Positions 10,555 through 23,700 of a stretch of DNA of 64,000 bases are shown piece by piece. How positions within the stretch are numbered: position 1 is the stretch's first letter; each line of letters opens with the position of its first letter. Made by a program: the position numbers and the translations under genes. The notes below the pieces were generated by a model. That model did not search any database and had not been told where the DNA came from. It saw only the letters and a list, made by a program, of their open reading frames with translations. Origin of the DNA: Balanoglossus misakiensis (Eukaryota; Animalia; Hemichordata); contig CM082597.2 in the NCBI GenBank assembly GCA_040954595.2, positions 2,838,265 to 2,902,264 on the forward strand, given 5' to 3'.

Positions 10555-11605
10555 TTTCCCGCCATTTTTAAGTCTGGAGGTCGCGATGGTTTTTATACGA
10601 GAACAGTATGTTTTTTTTACGACGAGAAGTTTTTTTGCGCGGCAAAAAAAATCACCACCACGTCTGGACGGGACGTTTGGTCTGCACTTGGCTCCCGCCA
10701 ATTTTAAGTCTGAACGCCGCGTTTTTTTTATACGACGAGAACAGTTTTTTTGCGCGGCAAAAAAATCACCACCACGTCTGGACAGGACGTTTGGTCTGCT
10801 CTTGGTTCCCGCCAATTTTAAGTCTGAACGCCGCGTTTTTTTTTATACGACGAGAAGTTTTTTTGCGCGGCAAAAAAATCACCACCATGTCTGGACAGGA
10901 CGTTTGGTCTGCTCTTGGTTCCCGCCAATTTTAAGTCTGAACGCCGCGTTTTTTTTTATACGACGAGAACAGTATTTTTGCGCGGCAAAAAAATCACCAC
11001 CACGTCTGGACAGGACGTTTGGTCTGCTCTTGGTTCCCGCCAATTTTAAGTCTGAACGCCGCGTTTTTTTTATACGACGAGAAGTTTTTTGCGCGGCAAA
11101 AAAATCACCACCACGTCTGGACAGGACGTTTGGTCTGCTCTTGGTTCCCGCCAATTTTAAGTCTGAACGCCGCGTTTTTTTTATACGACGAGAAGTTTTT
11201 TGCGCGGCAAAAAAATCACCACCACGTCTGGACAGGACGTTTGGTCTGCTCTTGGTTCCCGCCAATTTTAAGTCTGAACGCCGCGATGTTTTTTTATACG
11301 ACGAGAACAATATTTTTGCGCGGCAAAAAAATCACCACCACGTCTGGACAGGACGTTTGGTCTGCTCTTGGTTCCCGCCAATTTTAAGTCTGGACGCCGC
11401 GATGTTTTTTTTATACGACGAGAACAGTATTTTTGCGCGGCAAAAAAATCACCACCACGTCTGGACAGGACGTTTGGTCTGCACTTGGTTCCCGCCAATT
11501 TTAAGTCTGTTGTTTTATACAACGGGAACAGAATTTTCCCACGGCAAAAACATCATCACCACGTCTGTACCGGACGTTTGGTCTGCTCTTGGCGCCCGCC
11601 AGTCT
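10555..11605. repeat. CpG-rich minisatellite, ~9 units of mostly 104-117 bp
   Basis: Unit cccgccaattttaagtctgaacgccgcg(t)natacgacgagaa..tttttgcgcggcaaaaaaatcaccaccacgtctggacaggacgtttggtctgctcttggtt. Units start at 10558, 10694, 10808, 10921, 11036, 11147, 11258, 11374, 11491 and 11595. Confidence 0.95.
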
Positions 11606-13067
11606 GTCGACATAGCAGGCGAGATGACTATGGAAACACTGAAAGTATCATTTTTCCACGCAAAAATGCAACATTTTACAAGCAGTTATGGCGATCACAA
11701 GGCCACGTTTTACAAATTATTTTTCTCTTTCGCGCTTTTCGAGCGGTGGCCTTACAATCACACACGCCTGGATCCATAGAAATATAAATTAAAACAGCTA
11801 TCTCAGAAATTTTAAATTCAATCACTGGCCGAATTGGCACGAATGAATACGATATATATCTTCGTTTTAAAAAAATGCGCACTCCACATACGACCGTCCA
11901 CGATACGACTCTGGCCGTCAAGTTGAACATCGACAACGCAGTTCAAATGGAGATGATGTTGTTCCAATAAAACAGAATTACGAATAAAGTTTGGTAAAAA
12001 AATACAAGTCTTCAAACTACTTTCCAAGGAGCTGGGCCGGTGCTTCACATGGCATTACGAAATGGACATAGGCAGTGGGCAAGAAAAACAAAAACTGACT
12101 CAAGACGGGCTTGTTCAAATAACCCAGCGGAAGATTTAAACGCAGCATCTCATAAAATCGTAAATCTCTCGGGGGAACGTACGAGTCAATTCACTTGAGT
12201 AAACAAACAGATGCAGTATCTTTGGGAATTTTTAAAGGAAGTCAATATCATTTTGAAATGTACGAGCACCATGAATACGCGTGATTTCTTCTCCAGTCTT
12301 CATCACATTCAGGCACACGCTTGCGAAGTCATACAGCCGCGGTCAACAGTGAACACATCTTAACTCGCCGCATCCTTCCCCAAAAAATATTTAACGTTCA
12401 AACAAAATCAGAACACATCATACTCGCTACGGGTGGACTTATACAAACGCACACAGGCACCCAAAAGACATGTAATATATTTCTTATACTCATTGGGGAG
12501 TTTTTTGTTGCCCAACGCGAGCCCGGACCGAACAATTATTGTACCAAAATTAAATGAGCAGAACGAGAAAAAACAAAATCTACTCGGTCGTACGGTTTTC
12601 GGCCTATATATTTTTTTACTCACGACCAAAGCTGGACAATTAAATTCGCCCTAGAAACGTTCAACTATTCTGAATTTCCCCACCGAATGCATGATTCGAA
12701 CGGCACATTAGTTCCCGTCCGTGAAGGCCTAAAATAATTATTTGGCCACTGGATAATTAAACAGCGTTGGATCTCAAACTGACAGGGCCGTGGATCGGAA
12801 CGCGTGCGTGCAAGAAATGTATCCCTTGTCGATATCGTCTACTCGGCGTGTACGCATCCCAAAACTGCAAAATTCTGAACGTGCACGCATTTGTAGCTTA
12901 CAATCACCAGCCACGACTATAAACTAAGTCGTAAAATAGCACAGAAAAGAATATCTGGGTCTAAAACTAACCTTGAAACGCATATTCGTTCAATTTCCAA
13001 GCAGAACCGTGGAAACGACTGGAAAATATAGACGCTGCGTGGGTAGGTCTGAAGTTTGCCACATTAC

Positions 13068-13077
13068 ATGACGTCAT
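13068..13077. promoter_or_regulatory. Palindromic CRE/ATF site upstream of CCDC191
   Basis: atgacgtcat, ~360 bp upstream of the ATG in a CpG-enriched region. Confidence 0.4.
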
Positions 13078-13432
13078 AAGATTATATTAGAACTCGCCCT
13101 ATGATTCGTCAGCACCAGTGACCGTTAATTTTGGGAGAATATATGCAGTAAATCCTTTATCTTAACAATAGTCATGTTTACAGTCAATATATTATAGCTG
13201 TTGAACACTTTCAAACTCTTTTTTACTGATATTAAAACAATAAATCGAACTCATCCCCAGATTAAAGATGATGTCATCCGCGTTGCATTGTGGGTAAAAT
13301 CCAATATGGCGAGCACCATAAACAATGCAACTCGATAAGGAATCGGATGAAAAATTCCACGATCGAGGCTTTATTGGAAAGTACATGGGCATCGACCTAC
13401 ATTATATGTTTTGAAGAACACGACTGAACAGT

Positions 13433-16400
13433 ATGGCCGAATCTAATCCAGCTCTTTACCGTTGGAAGCGATGGACAAGCCCAAAGCCAGCTGCCAATAC
13501 AGTCACCAAATCTAAGGTAAATGTACATTACAATGTTTACAACATGTTTGTAAACATTGAACTCCGGAAACGGTATTTGAGATTTCATAGAGTCATGGCC
13601 GAGTTGCCGTCTGCTATTAAAGACGGAGTCTCCGGTTTACACGTTATGGGATGGTCCCTGTACTTGGGCCTTGGGGGAAATCGATCGCTCTTGAGTCTTG
13701 GGATTTGATCAAACATGTCAAAGCTCGTCGTATGATCAACCACGTCTATGTGTCAACTGACGCGACGATCTGTAGAAGTTAGTGTCAGAATTACACTCAT
13801 CTTTGACGCTGAAACTGGAGCTGGCAGCGTCGTTCTCAACTCAGATCCGATTGTTTCCAACTACACATGACTCTCTGAGCTGAGAGGAGTGTTTGTGTTA
13901 GGTCTGCGGATGTCTATTTTCTTGAACATGTTCTTTTCTTCATTCTTTATCAATACAGAAATTGACTGGCACTGAAGACATACAGGATTGGATAAAGGTA
14001 ATATTTTCACTTTGTAGTTTTGCAGAATTGAGACTGCATATTCATAGATCAATAATTCTCACGTTTTATTCTGGGGTAGGGTTTCTAGTCTGAGTCTAGC
14101 TGATGCAACATGAAGCCCACGTACATTGGTTATTCTGAGCTGACTGAAAAGATCTAGAGATACCCACTGCCCAGGGCTGACATAAATTGAATGATGTGAA
14201 ACTCATTGCACGTATTATGACATTTCAGAAAGTGCAAGAGGCCTCTGATAGAGCAGCTGCTGTCACGTTTGGCCACAAGTATACAGGTGGTACTAGTAGT
14301 CATGGCAACAGTATGGCCACTGCCATGGCAACTGTTGACGCCCTGCATGACCATGACAGTGCATACCAGGAAGGTAGGTCGTGTTAATGGATTTGCAAAT
14401 TACTTCTGACATAAAAATAATAGATGCACAATTGTATAAGAGAAATGACTCTTTCCAACTAAGTAATTGACCAACCAACTAAAATACCAAGCTAGTGTTA
14501 CCTACTGATTATCTAGCTAGCCAGTTAAGCATTCCGTCAATTAGTCAATAAACCAACCAACCAACCAACCGATTGATTGATCAGATGTTTTAGAATCTGT
14601 TTTGTAAATCTTTTGAGCCCAGAATGAAATCATTGCCTCTTCTCCCTCTCATCATCTCTTACCTCAGCACAAGAACTTCTAAACCAATGGATGAGTGACA
14701 AGTGTCACCTTGACGATGATGATGAAAACATGGATGAAATGTTATCTTGTCGGAGTCCACCTACAAGGTCAGAGGTCAAGAAACAGTGGGATGACCTACT
14801 TGCTGTAGAAGATCCTGGATTTCCTCATCCCTACAATGGAATATCATCACATGGTAAGGGAATAGGGCATTGTAATCTGCTACAGATATTGACTGTTTGC
14901 CAACTTCCTGTGTGGTTTTCTTCGACAGTTTTGCCATATATATATATATATACCATGCAGTAGAATAGTCTGGTCGATAAATAATGTAATCATAAATTTC
15001 CCTCGCAATCTTTTCTCACAGCATTTGTACAAGAAATAGAGGAGCGTGATGAGGAATCGACTGTAGAGAGTATCATCCAGGGTATGTTGGATAAGCCAGT
15101 AGTGGAGGGTGATTTCTTTCAAGACTTGGGATTGGATGACAGAAAGAAAAAAGGGAAGGATCCCTCAATATCAATGCAAGCCAGGCATCAAAGGGTGAGT
15201 GGACTGTGTTACCATGGCAATGCTTTTCACTAAGAATTGCGTTATTCAGTCATATTAGTGGGTAGTGGAGGTGTTACCAGAGTTCCCAAATCATTTACCA
15301 ATTTAAACAAAAAGTGCTCTTCATAGGTTGTCTTGATGTGTGTTTGTGAAAGGATGACAGAGACAGTGTTATCGTAGTAATCTTCTATGACTGGTGTATT
15401 TCATTTTTGTTCAGGTGAAAGAGAACAGAGAAAAGAGAATGAAAGAACGCGACAGACAGCTGAGAGACAAACAGCGGCAAAAGGACGCCCAGCACCAGGC
15501 CCAGCAGATGATTCTGAAAGAAGAGAAAGAGAGAGCGATGCGGAAGAGGAATGAAGAATCGATGATTCAACAGGAAATGGCCAGGATTAGGAAAGAAATG
15601 GAAGAGCAAAGAAAGACAACCGAGGAAGTACAGAGAAGGTAAAAAATGAGTCGGTTCTTGGTTCCATGTTAGAGTGGCCTACATGTAGTTGTGGCATTTA
15701 ATTTCTGTTCTCTGTACATATCCTGAACGGACAGGAATTCTATTTGATATTTTAGTTTCATTGGTGTCTGGTTTAGACACTCACAGGTTTTGCTGTATTT
15801 AGGCATGTACTTGTCAATGTGATATAAACAAAGGGCATCTCCTGAAACAGTCTAAATAATGGTCTTCTCTGGTAATGTCCCTGACCTTTACTTAGCTGCC
15901 TCAATCTACATGGTGTACAATTTTCATTTGAAGTTCACCACCAAAGCGGAATTGGATAACAATTTTTCTTTGCCGTGGTATTCCAGGGAGAGGGAGAGAT
16001 GGGATGCGGAGAAGAATCGCGAGAGAGAAGAGCAAGAACTCAAGGAGAGGCAGAGAGAATTGCGGAAACTACAAGCCCAGCAGATGTTGGAGGATGAAAA
16101 GAAGGAATTGACGCAAAGACTTGAAGAAATGAAAGCCAACAAAGCTACTGAAGATCTTAAGGTAATGTCATGTCTAATATTGCATAAGTCACATCACAGG
16201 TTGTTCTCAGACATATCTGTGACAGATTCAAGGTCCATACATTCTTTGGCTCTGAGTACGTGTAATATATTACCAAGGTGAGGCTGACATTTTCCCCTGA
16301 TCGACCTTGTCTGAGGACAGTAGAGTGTTTGTATGCTGACCTAGTTACCTCTGTAAGATCAGAGGTGAAGGTGACTGAAAACATTATTTATAATAATCTA

Positions 16401-19400
16401 CGGCTAGTTGTTCGAGGTGGTGGGTACCTTATCCTGTAATGGGAGCTCGCCAGTTAGATGACAGATGACAGATAAATTTTTAAGATTAAAAAAATGAAAC
16501 ATTTTCACGACCAGATAGGCTATATCATACAGCCTAGACATATGATACACAGACGTATGTAGGCAAACACACAGATATACTCCAATCTCAGACATTTTCC
16601 TGACTCTGTGCCATCTTTCAGTGTTTACAGCGACATTTCTCAGCATGGTACCAGCTGGTAGTCAACAGACGAATACAGCTGGGTAAAGCCAGGGCACTGT
16701 CTGATTGGAGACGCCTGGTCGGGGCCTGGAATGCATGGCGACACTATGTGCACCAACAACACATCAGACACGAGGAGAGAGAAACGCAGCTGTACATTAG
16801 AGATACCCACAGGTAAGGGACTTAGTGAAGAATTTATTTCAGCATAGATAAGAGATCCAAAAGTTGTTTCACTGTTTGTAGAAGTGAAGTTTTTATGGAA
16901 CAATTATTGGTTTAAATATCCACCAAAATATCCACCATCTTGTTTTAAGGATGTGAACTTTTCAAGGCAGTATGACAGATGTGCAGCAAAGAATAATCGA
17001 TATATGGAATATACACTTGCTATACACAATGACACATTACTGATTGAGCATATGTATTGAAAATTACATAAATCAGAGTTGTGATGTCTTTCATATTCAG
17101 GAAAAGGCATTTAGCTGAGGAATTCCACAGACGAACTCTTTTGAGGAAATATTTTGCGACGTGGCAGCTCTGGGTTGCACAGGAAATACAGAGTCGAGAA
17201 CTCACTCAGAGAAAACGGGAAACCAAGAACAAAATGGCCGCCTTTCTAGAAGCAGCTGCCTCAGGGAAGCTGTGGACCAATAGAAAAGAGGATGATAGTT
17301 TATATGTGGATGATTTAGAGAGTCCCCATTCAAACAGGTCTTCTGATAGGCCAGATTCAACGAGGAGGAAAGTGGTGAGTATTACATGGAAATTTAGTGA
17401 CACTGAATTTGCCTGTTTTAGCCAAATTTTAAGAATAGTAGTAACAGCAAATAATATTCCTTCTTTTTTCCAAATGCAGGATGATCTGTTTGACCAACCA
17501 GCTCGCAGGTTACAAAACCATTCAGTCCCAAGCACCGACAGGAGTGATTGGTCACTGCTGGATGCTCAGTCCAAGAAACCCAAGCCTCTGGAGAAACCCA
17601 AATTCGCCTGGCAGGTGACGAGGCAACACCTTAATTTGACAACAGAGCAGATGGCAAACCGCAAAGACGGCGAACAGAACAACGCGGTGGAACCGACAAA
17701 TGAAAATTTCCAAAACAACGACGGGAGCCGAAATCGTCGAATCCCGTACACTGTTAATAACTTTGAACACAGATACGCAGCACAGCAGAAAATCTTGCAG
17801 GAACAACAAAAACAACTGAGAGAGCAACAGAGACTGATTATTGAAATGCAAGCTACGCAGAGACAACAGATACTGCAGCATGAACTGAATAACTTGCAAG
17901 ATACGAACTCTCCATCACAGAAACCATCCAATGTGAAAGATGTCAACAAAGCAGCCAATAACATCAACCAGCCACTCAGTGCAAGGTAGGGATAGTCACT
18001 CAAGACATCTACCGGGTAGATAATGAAATATTTTCATGCCATTAATGGGTACTGCTACATGTAGGTCCTGCTTTAATGCACTGGTATATCTGTAGTTGGA
18101 ATTGAATGTGTTATATATTCATGGACATTGTTTTGTATTGACAGATCACAGTCCTCAGACACTCTTGTGTCAGCTCGTTCAGACAGCACTAGCAGTACTG
18201 GGAGTAACAATCTCGAATTGAATAATGCCAAGAAAAACAGTAAAGCCAGCAGTAACTTCCTGAAAGGTAAGCTGACCTAAACTCAATGTCCGAGGTCAAC
18301 CAATGGGGACTGAGAAAATGTATCACTTTGTTGAGATGTGTTGTTTATGAACAATGAACTTTCTAAAAAGCATGGTTTCAGAAGTAGGAATTCCATAATA
18401 TTTCTGGATGTTTGGTCACCAGCATATATACAATCAATTACATGCACATGGTTCTCCCTGTTTGACTGTGTGGTACGCTATGTTGCAGGTATGGAGGAGA
18501 GAGCAGCCAGGATAGCCCAGAGGAAAGCTGAGGCTGAGGAGAGGAAGAGAAAGAGGGAAGAGGAGAAATTGGTAAGGATAAATGAAGGGAGATGAGGGGG
18601 GACAGTGTGGGACTTGGAAGGAGAACATTATTTTTTTATGTCTGAATTACTGTGCATCAGAAACTGATAATGATGTGTAATTTGGAAGACTGGATTTTTT
18701 GTACACGCTGATGAGAATTTACAATGAATTTACAGGCAGAGATCCGAGCGAAAGAAGAACTGAGACGCCAAGAAGAGGAAGCGGAAAAGAAAGCTAAAAT
18801 TGAGAGAAGTCGAGAAGAGAGAAGACTTGCAAAACAGGTATGTGGAAATCAAATGTGTGGTTGGTCTGTGTATGTGATTGATAACAATTAATTCATAGAG
18901 GATTTTGAAGTCATCAAGATACAGTGAAAGTGGTCTTACCATCATGCATAATAATCTGTTACAGAGAGAACAAGAAAAACAAGAGAGACTTGACCGCATC
19001 AACCGACACAACGCCAAGGCTGATGACCACTACAGGAGAACGCTGCTCAGAAACAAAGGGCTCAAGCCGTGGTTGAAACTCGTGGCGATGTCCAGACAGA
19101 ACATGCAAGTGGCCATTGACCATCACAACACAGTGTTGATGGACAGATGCTTTACGCCGTGGAAGGAAATGACGCAAGAGGTTATGCAAGAGAAACAGAG
19201 GATGGCTGATGAGCTGTATAAATATATTCTGGCGAGGAGAGCATTTGCATCATGGAAGAGGGTGAGTCGGTTGTATGTGTGTGTGTGCATATATGTATAC
19301 TTTATATGTGGCTGTGTGTGCATGCCTGCATGTGCTTATTCAATACAGAGTTTGTGTGTGGATGAATGGCATAAAACTTGCTTAGATGCTTACCACAGAA

Positions 19401-20042
19401 ACTGACGCTCATGTTGCAATCTTCATGTGGCACTGGATTCTTGAAACAAACCTGAAAGCCAAGCTACGACCAAAACATTGCCGCTTGTATGAGCACTGGT
19501 AAACTACCTTTGGCGTCCATATTGACATTTGCACTTTGACCTTACATCACATTTACATATTAGCCGTACTCCAGGTGGCTTATATTTAAATACACATCTT
19601 CTCCACAGTATGGCCACCTGCAGTCCATCCAGCTTCAGAAGGCAAGAAGACACTATTCCTACACCACCAAACTGAAATATTTCAAGCTTTGGCAAGATCA
19701 CACGGTTGAAGAGAAGGTAGCCATGATGGCAAAGGAGGAGTTAGCAGAGGAGCACAACCAGTAGTAAGTATGGATTAGCCAACATTGTGGTATTCCCAAC
19801 ACGGCCATTTTTCAGCTATCCTACAACCAACATTGATAAATGGTGTATGTAGCATTTACACGGGGAGTTCTCACTGTAACTATGGCTGTCTTGCTTGCCT
19901 TTTCAGTCGAATTGTGAAGACATCATTCAACACATGGAGGAGATACCCACAGCTCGTCAAAGATGAAGAAAAACGAAAGAAGAGAATCGAGGAGATGAGA
20001 AAGAAAGTTCAGTCTATGCTTCCCGACTTCGGAGTCTCATAG
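13433..20042 (+). CDS. CCDC191: Coiled-coil domain-containing protein 191 (16 coding exons)
   Basis: Exons: 13433-13516, 13959-13997, 14229-14373, 14668-14853, 15022-15194, 15415-15638, 15987-16161, 16622-16812, 17101-17374, 17480-17985, 18145-18266, 18489-18571, 18736-18837, 18965-19261, 19609-19763, 19907-20042. All are GT-AG and in phase. The translation (RWKRWT..DIQDWIKKVQEAS..HDHDSAYQEAQELLNQWM..KDPSISMQARHQRVKENR..CLQRHFSAWY..KNKMAAFLEAAASGKL..GLKPW..MRKKVQSMLPDF) matches CCDC191 motifs as I recall them. AATAAA at ~20169. Confidence 0.88.
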
Positions 20043-20714
20043 CAGATTTTGATTTTCAGAATGATTGTTGCCACTAGAGATCAGTGTTGCATCAGCCTGT
20101 TTTACTTTGTATATTTTGTGAGGACACGAGTTATGAGATGTAAAATATTTAATGAAATATTTTGTAACAAATAAATTGCATAGGTTTCTATAAACCACAA
20201 TTGGTTTCTGAGTAGTTATGTAAGGTCTCCCTTATGATAACAACAAGTGCTAGGCATCAATAACACTTTACAACAACACATTTATTTTCCATTCCACAAA
20301 TCACTTGTTACAATCACGAGTGAAGTATAAAAAAACAATCAAAAAATAGTACAACCCACAATACCCCCTATATTGACTGTAATATGGAATAGTCCATTAT
20401 TGTATACATTAAGACTATTCCATGCTTCAGAAAATATAGGTATGATTGATACACCTCAAAGGAAAGGTTTACTCTGCACCACAGTTTCACTATCAACATG
20501 AAGTCTAGTAGATGACCGACCCATTTTTCAGTAGTGTCGTTTCGGTGATGTTAGCTGCTGCTGCTAAAAAACCCAGCCTATTTTCCACACACTGCCTAGG
20601 GAGTCATCGAAAATTGCACTCAATTGAATCTCAGCCACAGTACACCCTAACCTTGCCTAGGTAAACCTTTCATTCAACATTGCATAAAAAAGATGACAGC
20701 ATCTGAAACAAACG

Positions 20715-23700
20715 CTATGTCTTTCTTGGCTTAACTTTCTTTCTGTGTTTAAGACTTTCATCCGTCTGTAATTGTTCTCTGTCTATCATCTGTCTGGTGC
20801 TGACACTGCTGCTGTTATAGGCTTTGATGCTCTGTTTGACCTGCTGTATGTAGGGCAGAACCTGTGAAGAGAGAGAAATGAAAAAATAAGTCACCACTGC
20901 CCATGCGAGATATTCTAGAAACGGCAAAAAATTGATTCTTTCCCACACAACAGTGGTTTCAGAGATTATACAGGGTCCATAAATTGTCACATCGATACTG
21001 TATGTTGATATCTTACCTTATTATGGTTGAATGCCATCACTATAGCAACAATGATCAGTGGTAATGCTATGTAGGAACCCTGGGCCAGCTCCTGATCTAA
21101 ACTACGATGCTGAAATGTGGAAAAAAATGACCACTATTATTTACATGTACATAAACAGTAATGTGTACTAGTGATGTGTTAATTCTGAAATCTCAAAAAT
21201 TCTAAATCTGTCGGCTGAATGACAATTAGGCTGCTTTCTCCCAAAATGGCGGCCATCTTTTCTGATGGGCAGACAAATATGGCTGCCAGTGCCATTTAAA
21301 TGCAAACAGAAAAAAACACATAATTTTTACAAGACTACATATAAACCTACCTGTGGATCAAATTTTATTGTAACATGTTTGTGGTAGCCCTCAGTTGCAA
21401 AGCTAACTTCAGGTAAAGTGTAATCATAACTGGATTTGGCCAGAGATGACTCCAATTTGATGACATATTTCTGTAAAAAATTAAATTCGAAATTACACAG
21501 GATAGAAATTAACCAGTTTCCACATAAAATGTCAATTTAATTCACAGAAATTGTTTGATACACTGAACAAAAGTACTGAAAACAATAGTGGACCTGGAAT
21601 GATTTACACAAAGATCTTTATTGACACCTACCTTGCCATCTATTGGCAGTGTTGGAAATTGGAAGAAGTTGGTATTACCAAGTGTTAATGTATGCACGGC
21701 TGCATCTAGGTTGTCTTCACTGTAAAGTAAAACCTGCAACAGAGATATTACAACGTATCAGTCTGGTGGTAGACTTATTAACAGCACAAACTCAAAAGCA
21801 AGAGTGACGTGAACTGTGGTAGGAGTCTTACACAGGTAGGGACCCTTTCAAGTAGAACTACAGAAAGTGGTTCTATCAATAAAATAAATAAACCAAGAAG
21901 ACTTACTTTTAATGTTGGAAGGTACTCCACTGCTGTTATCAGGTTCCCTCCGATCTCAAATTGGTTGAATTTTCTGAAGACAATAATTCTGACATTGCTG
22001 ATGTCTTCGTTTTCAATCTGTCATGAAACAATATATCACAGTGTCACAGAACAATATCCACACACAGTACAAACATAGCAGTAATATTGTTTCAGTCATT
22101 TTATTAATGCATTTAATATTTCTGACATGCCAGTGGATAACGTATCTTACCTTGATCATTTTAGACACTGGGGCTGATCTCTCTATATGACTGTTCTCTT
22201 CTCCAATCTTTACTTTTAATTCATATGTACATTCAGGCTGAAGAGAAGGAAAATACAATTTTGTGATAAGAAAAAAGTATTGTACATAAACCCCAAAACA
22301 CTAAGGCTGGCCAAAACTCCATGAAGATCACAGATGTTGGTATTGGCAGGTGTACCTACCTGTAACCCCCGCATTCTAAATGTTCCGTCCTGATCTGAGA
22401 TGGTTTCTTCCAAAATCTCACCGCAGTTGTCGATGCCCAGTGCCTGTATTTCAATGCCGGGCTCGGGTTCACCATTCAGTGATGTGATCCTTCCATAGCA
22501 ACTGTGCACAGACAACAGACAGATAGTATTACTTAGCAATCATTCTACCATTAACCATATCTCTCCTGATTAAAGCACATGCTCAGACATTGCACTTCTT
22601 TACATGCAAAACATGTCTTAAATAAACCTTGTCAAAACAAGAAACTGGACTTCTCTAAACACAAGTGGGAAGTTCAATCATAGCTTCCATTTACCTGAAA
22701 GCAACACGCAATCCCTTGATTTGGAGTTTCACTGTGGATCCTTCCAGTACCTCAATTATCTGTATAAAAAACACAGAAAATCAAATCTGTTTAAACTGTG
22801 AATTAACCTATGAAAACAGACCTTACAAAATTCTTCATGTTCACTCATCTAATGTGCAAAGAGACGAAATATTACATGTATATTCTTGAGTTGACATAAT
22901 GTTCTGATCTATACTGTAATGAATCCAGATTAGCATGGTTTTGTTTTCACTGACCCGTGAGTTGGGTTCAAATCTGTACTCCTTCATCATAGGTCTGAGG
23001 AAGTACTGTCCTGGCTTCAAGTTGCTGAAGTGCATGGTGCCAGTATTCTGTGTCATGTTGTTGCTACGGAAACTGCCTCCGCTCAGCGACAGCAACACGC
23101 CTTGCAGTGGGACTTCTTCTTCATCAACAACCTGTGAAAATGAAACAAAATGATTGGCTATTGAAAACTTCTTCTGTAGGAATCTGCAATTGTCTGTAGT
23201 CTAATAACAAAGCTCACCTATAGACCCACTGTTTGCTGGTCGGGGATTTTGGATGAGTATTACGTAGTTAGTGCAAAGACTTCCTTCCATGTGATTTGGT
23301 ATGACAGATTCAGAGTCTAAATCCCACTACGTACACTTTTATACCCTCCACCCCCGTACATATGAAAATGCACCAACCCACAGCTGCAAATACACCACAC
23401 AGATTACAGGAATATTCCATCTCATTAGGACTGCAGGGATGGTTTGTCAATCTCACCTCAATGATGATCTCTCCCAGTTTGAATGCCTTGAATGATCCTG
23501 TCTTTTCCTCCAGTGCTGTCAAGATGTAACCTTCCTTCCTGGCACTGACAGAGTACTGGGTGTGGTCATGCAATGGACCAACTCTGTCAGTCAAGGAGAC
23601 AAGAGTACAAATGAGTTATGCAGACAATACTGATGGCTTACTCCAATGAGCTATGCAATCTTCCTTTGTTTTAGTGTCTAAGCCATGGTCAATCAGACTC

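Noticed and set aside
3942-11605. CRISPR-array interpretation of the repeat/spacer structures
   Set aside because: The context is eukaryotic and intron-rich, with no cas genes. The intervening sequences are microsatellite or near-identical, not unique spacers of uniform length.
10586-11787. 397-aa ORF and overlapping ORFs
   Set aside because: These are translations of the ~114-bp minisatellite. The frames swap at poly-T length changes, so there is no coding constraint.
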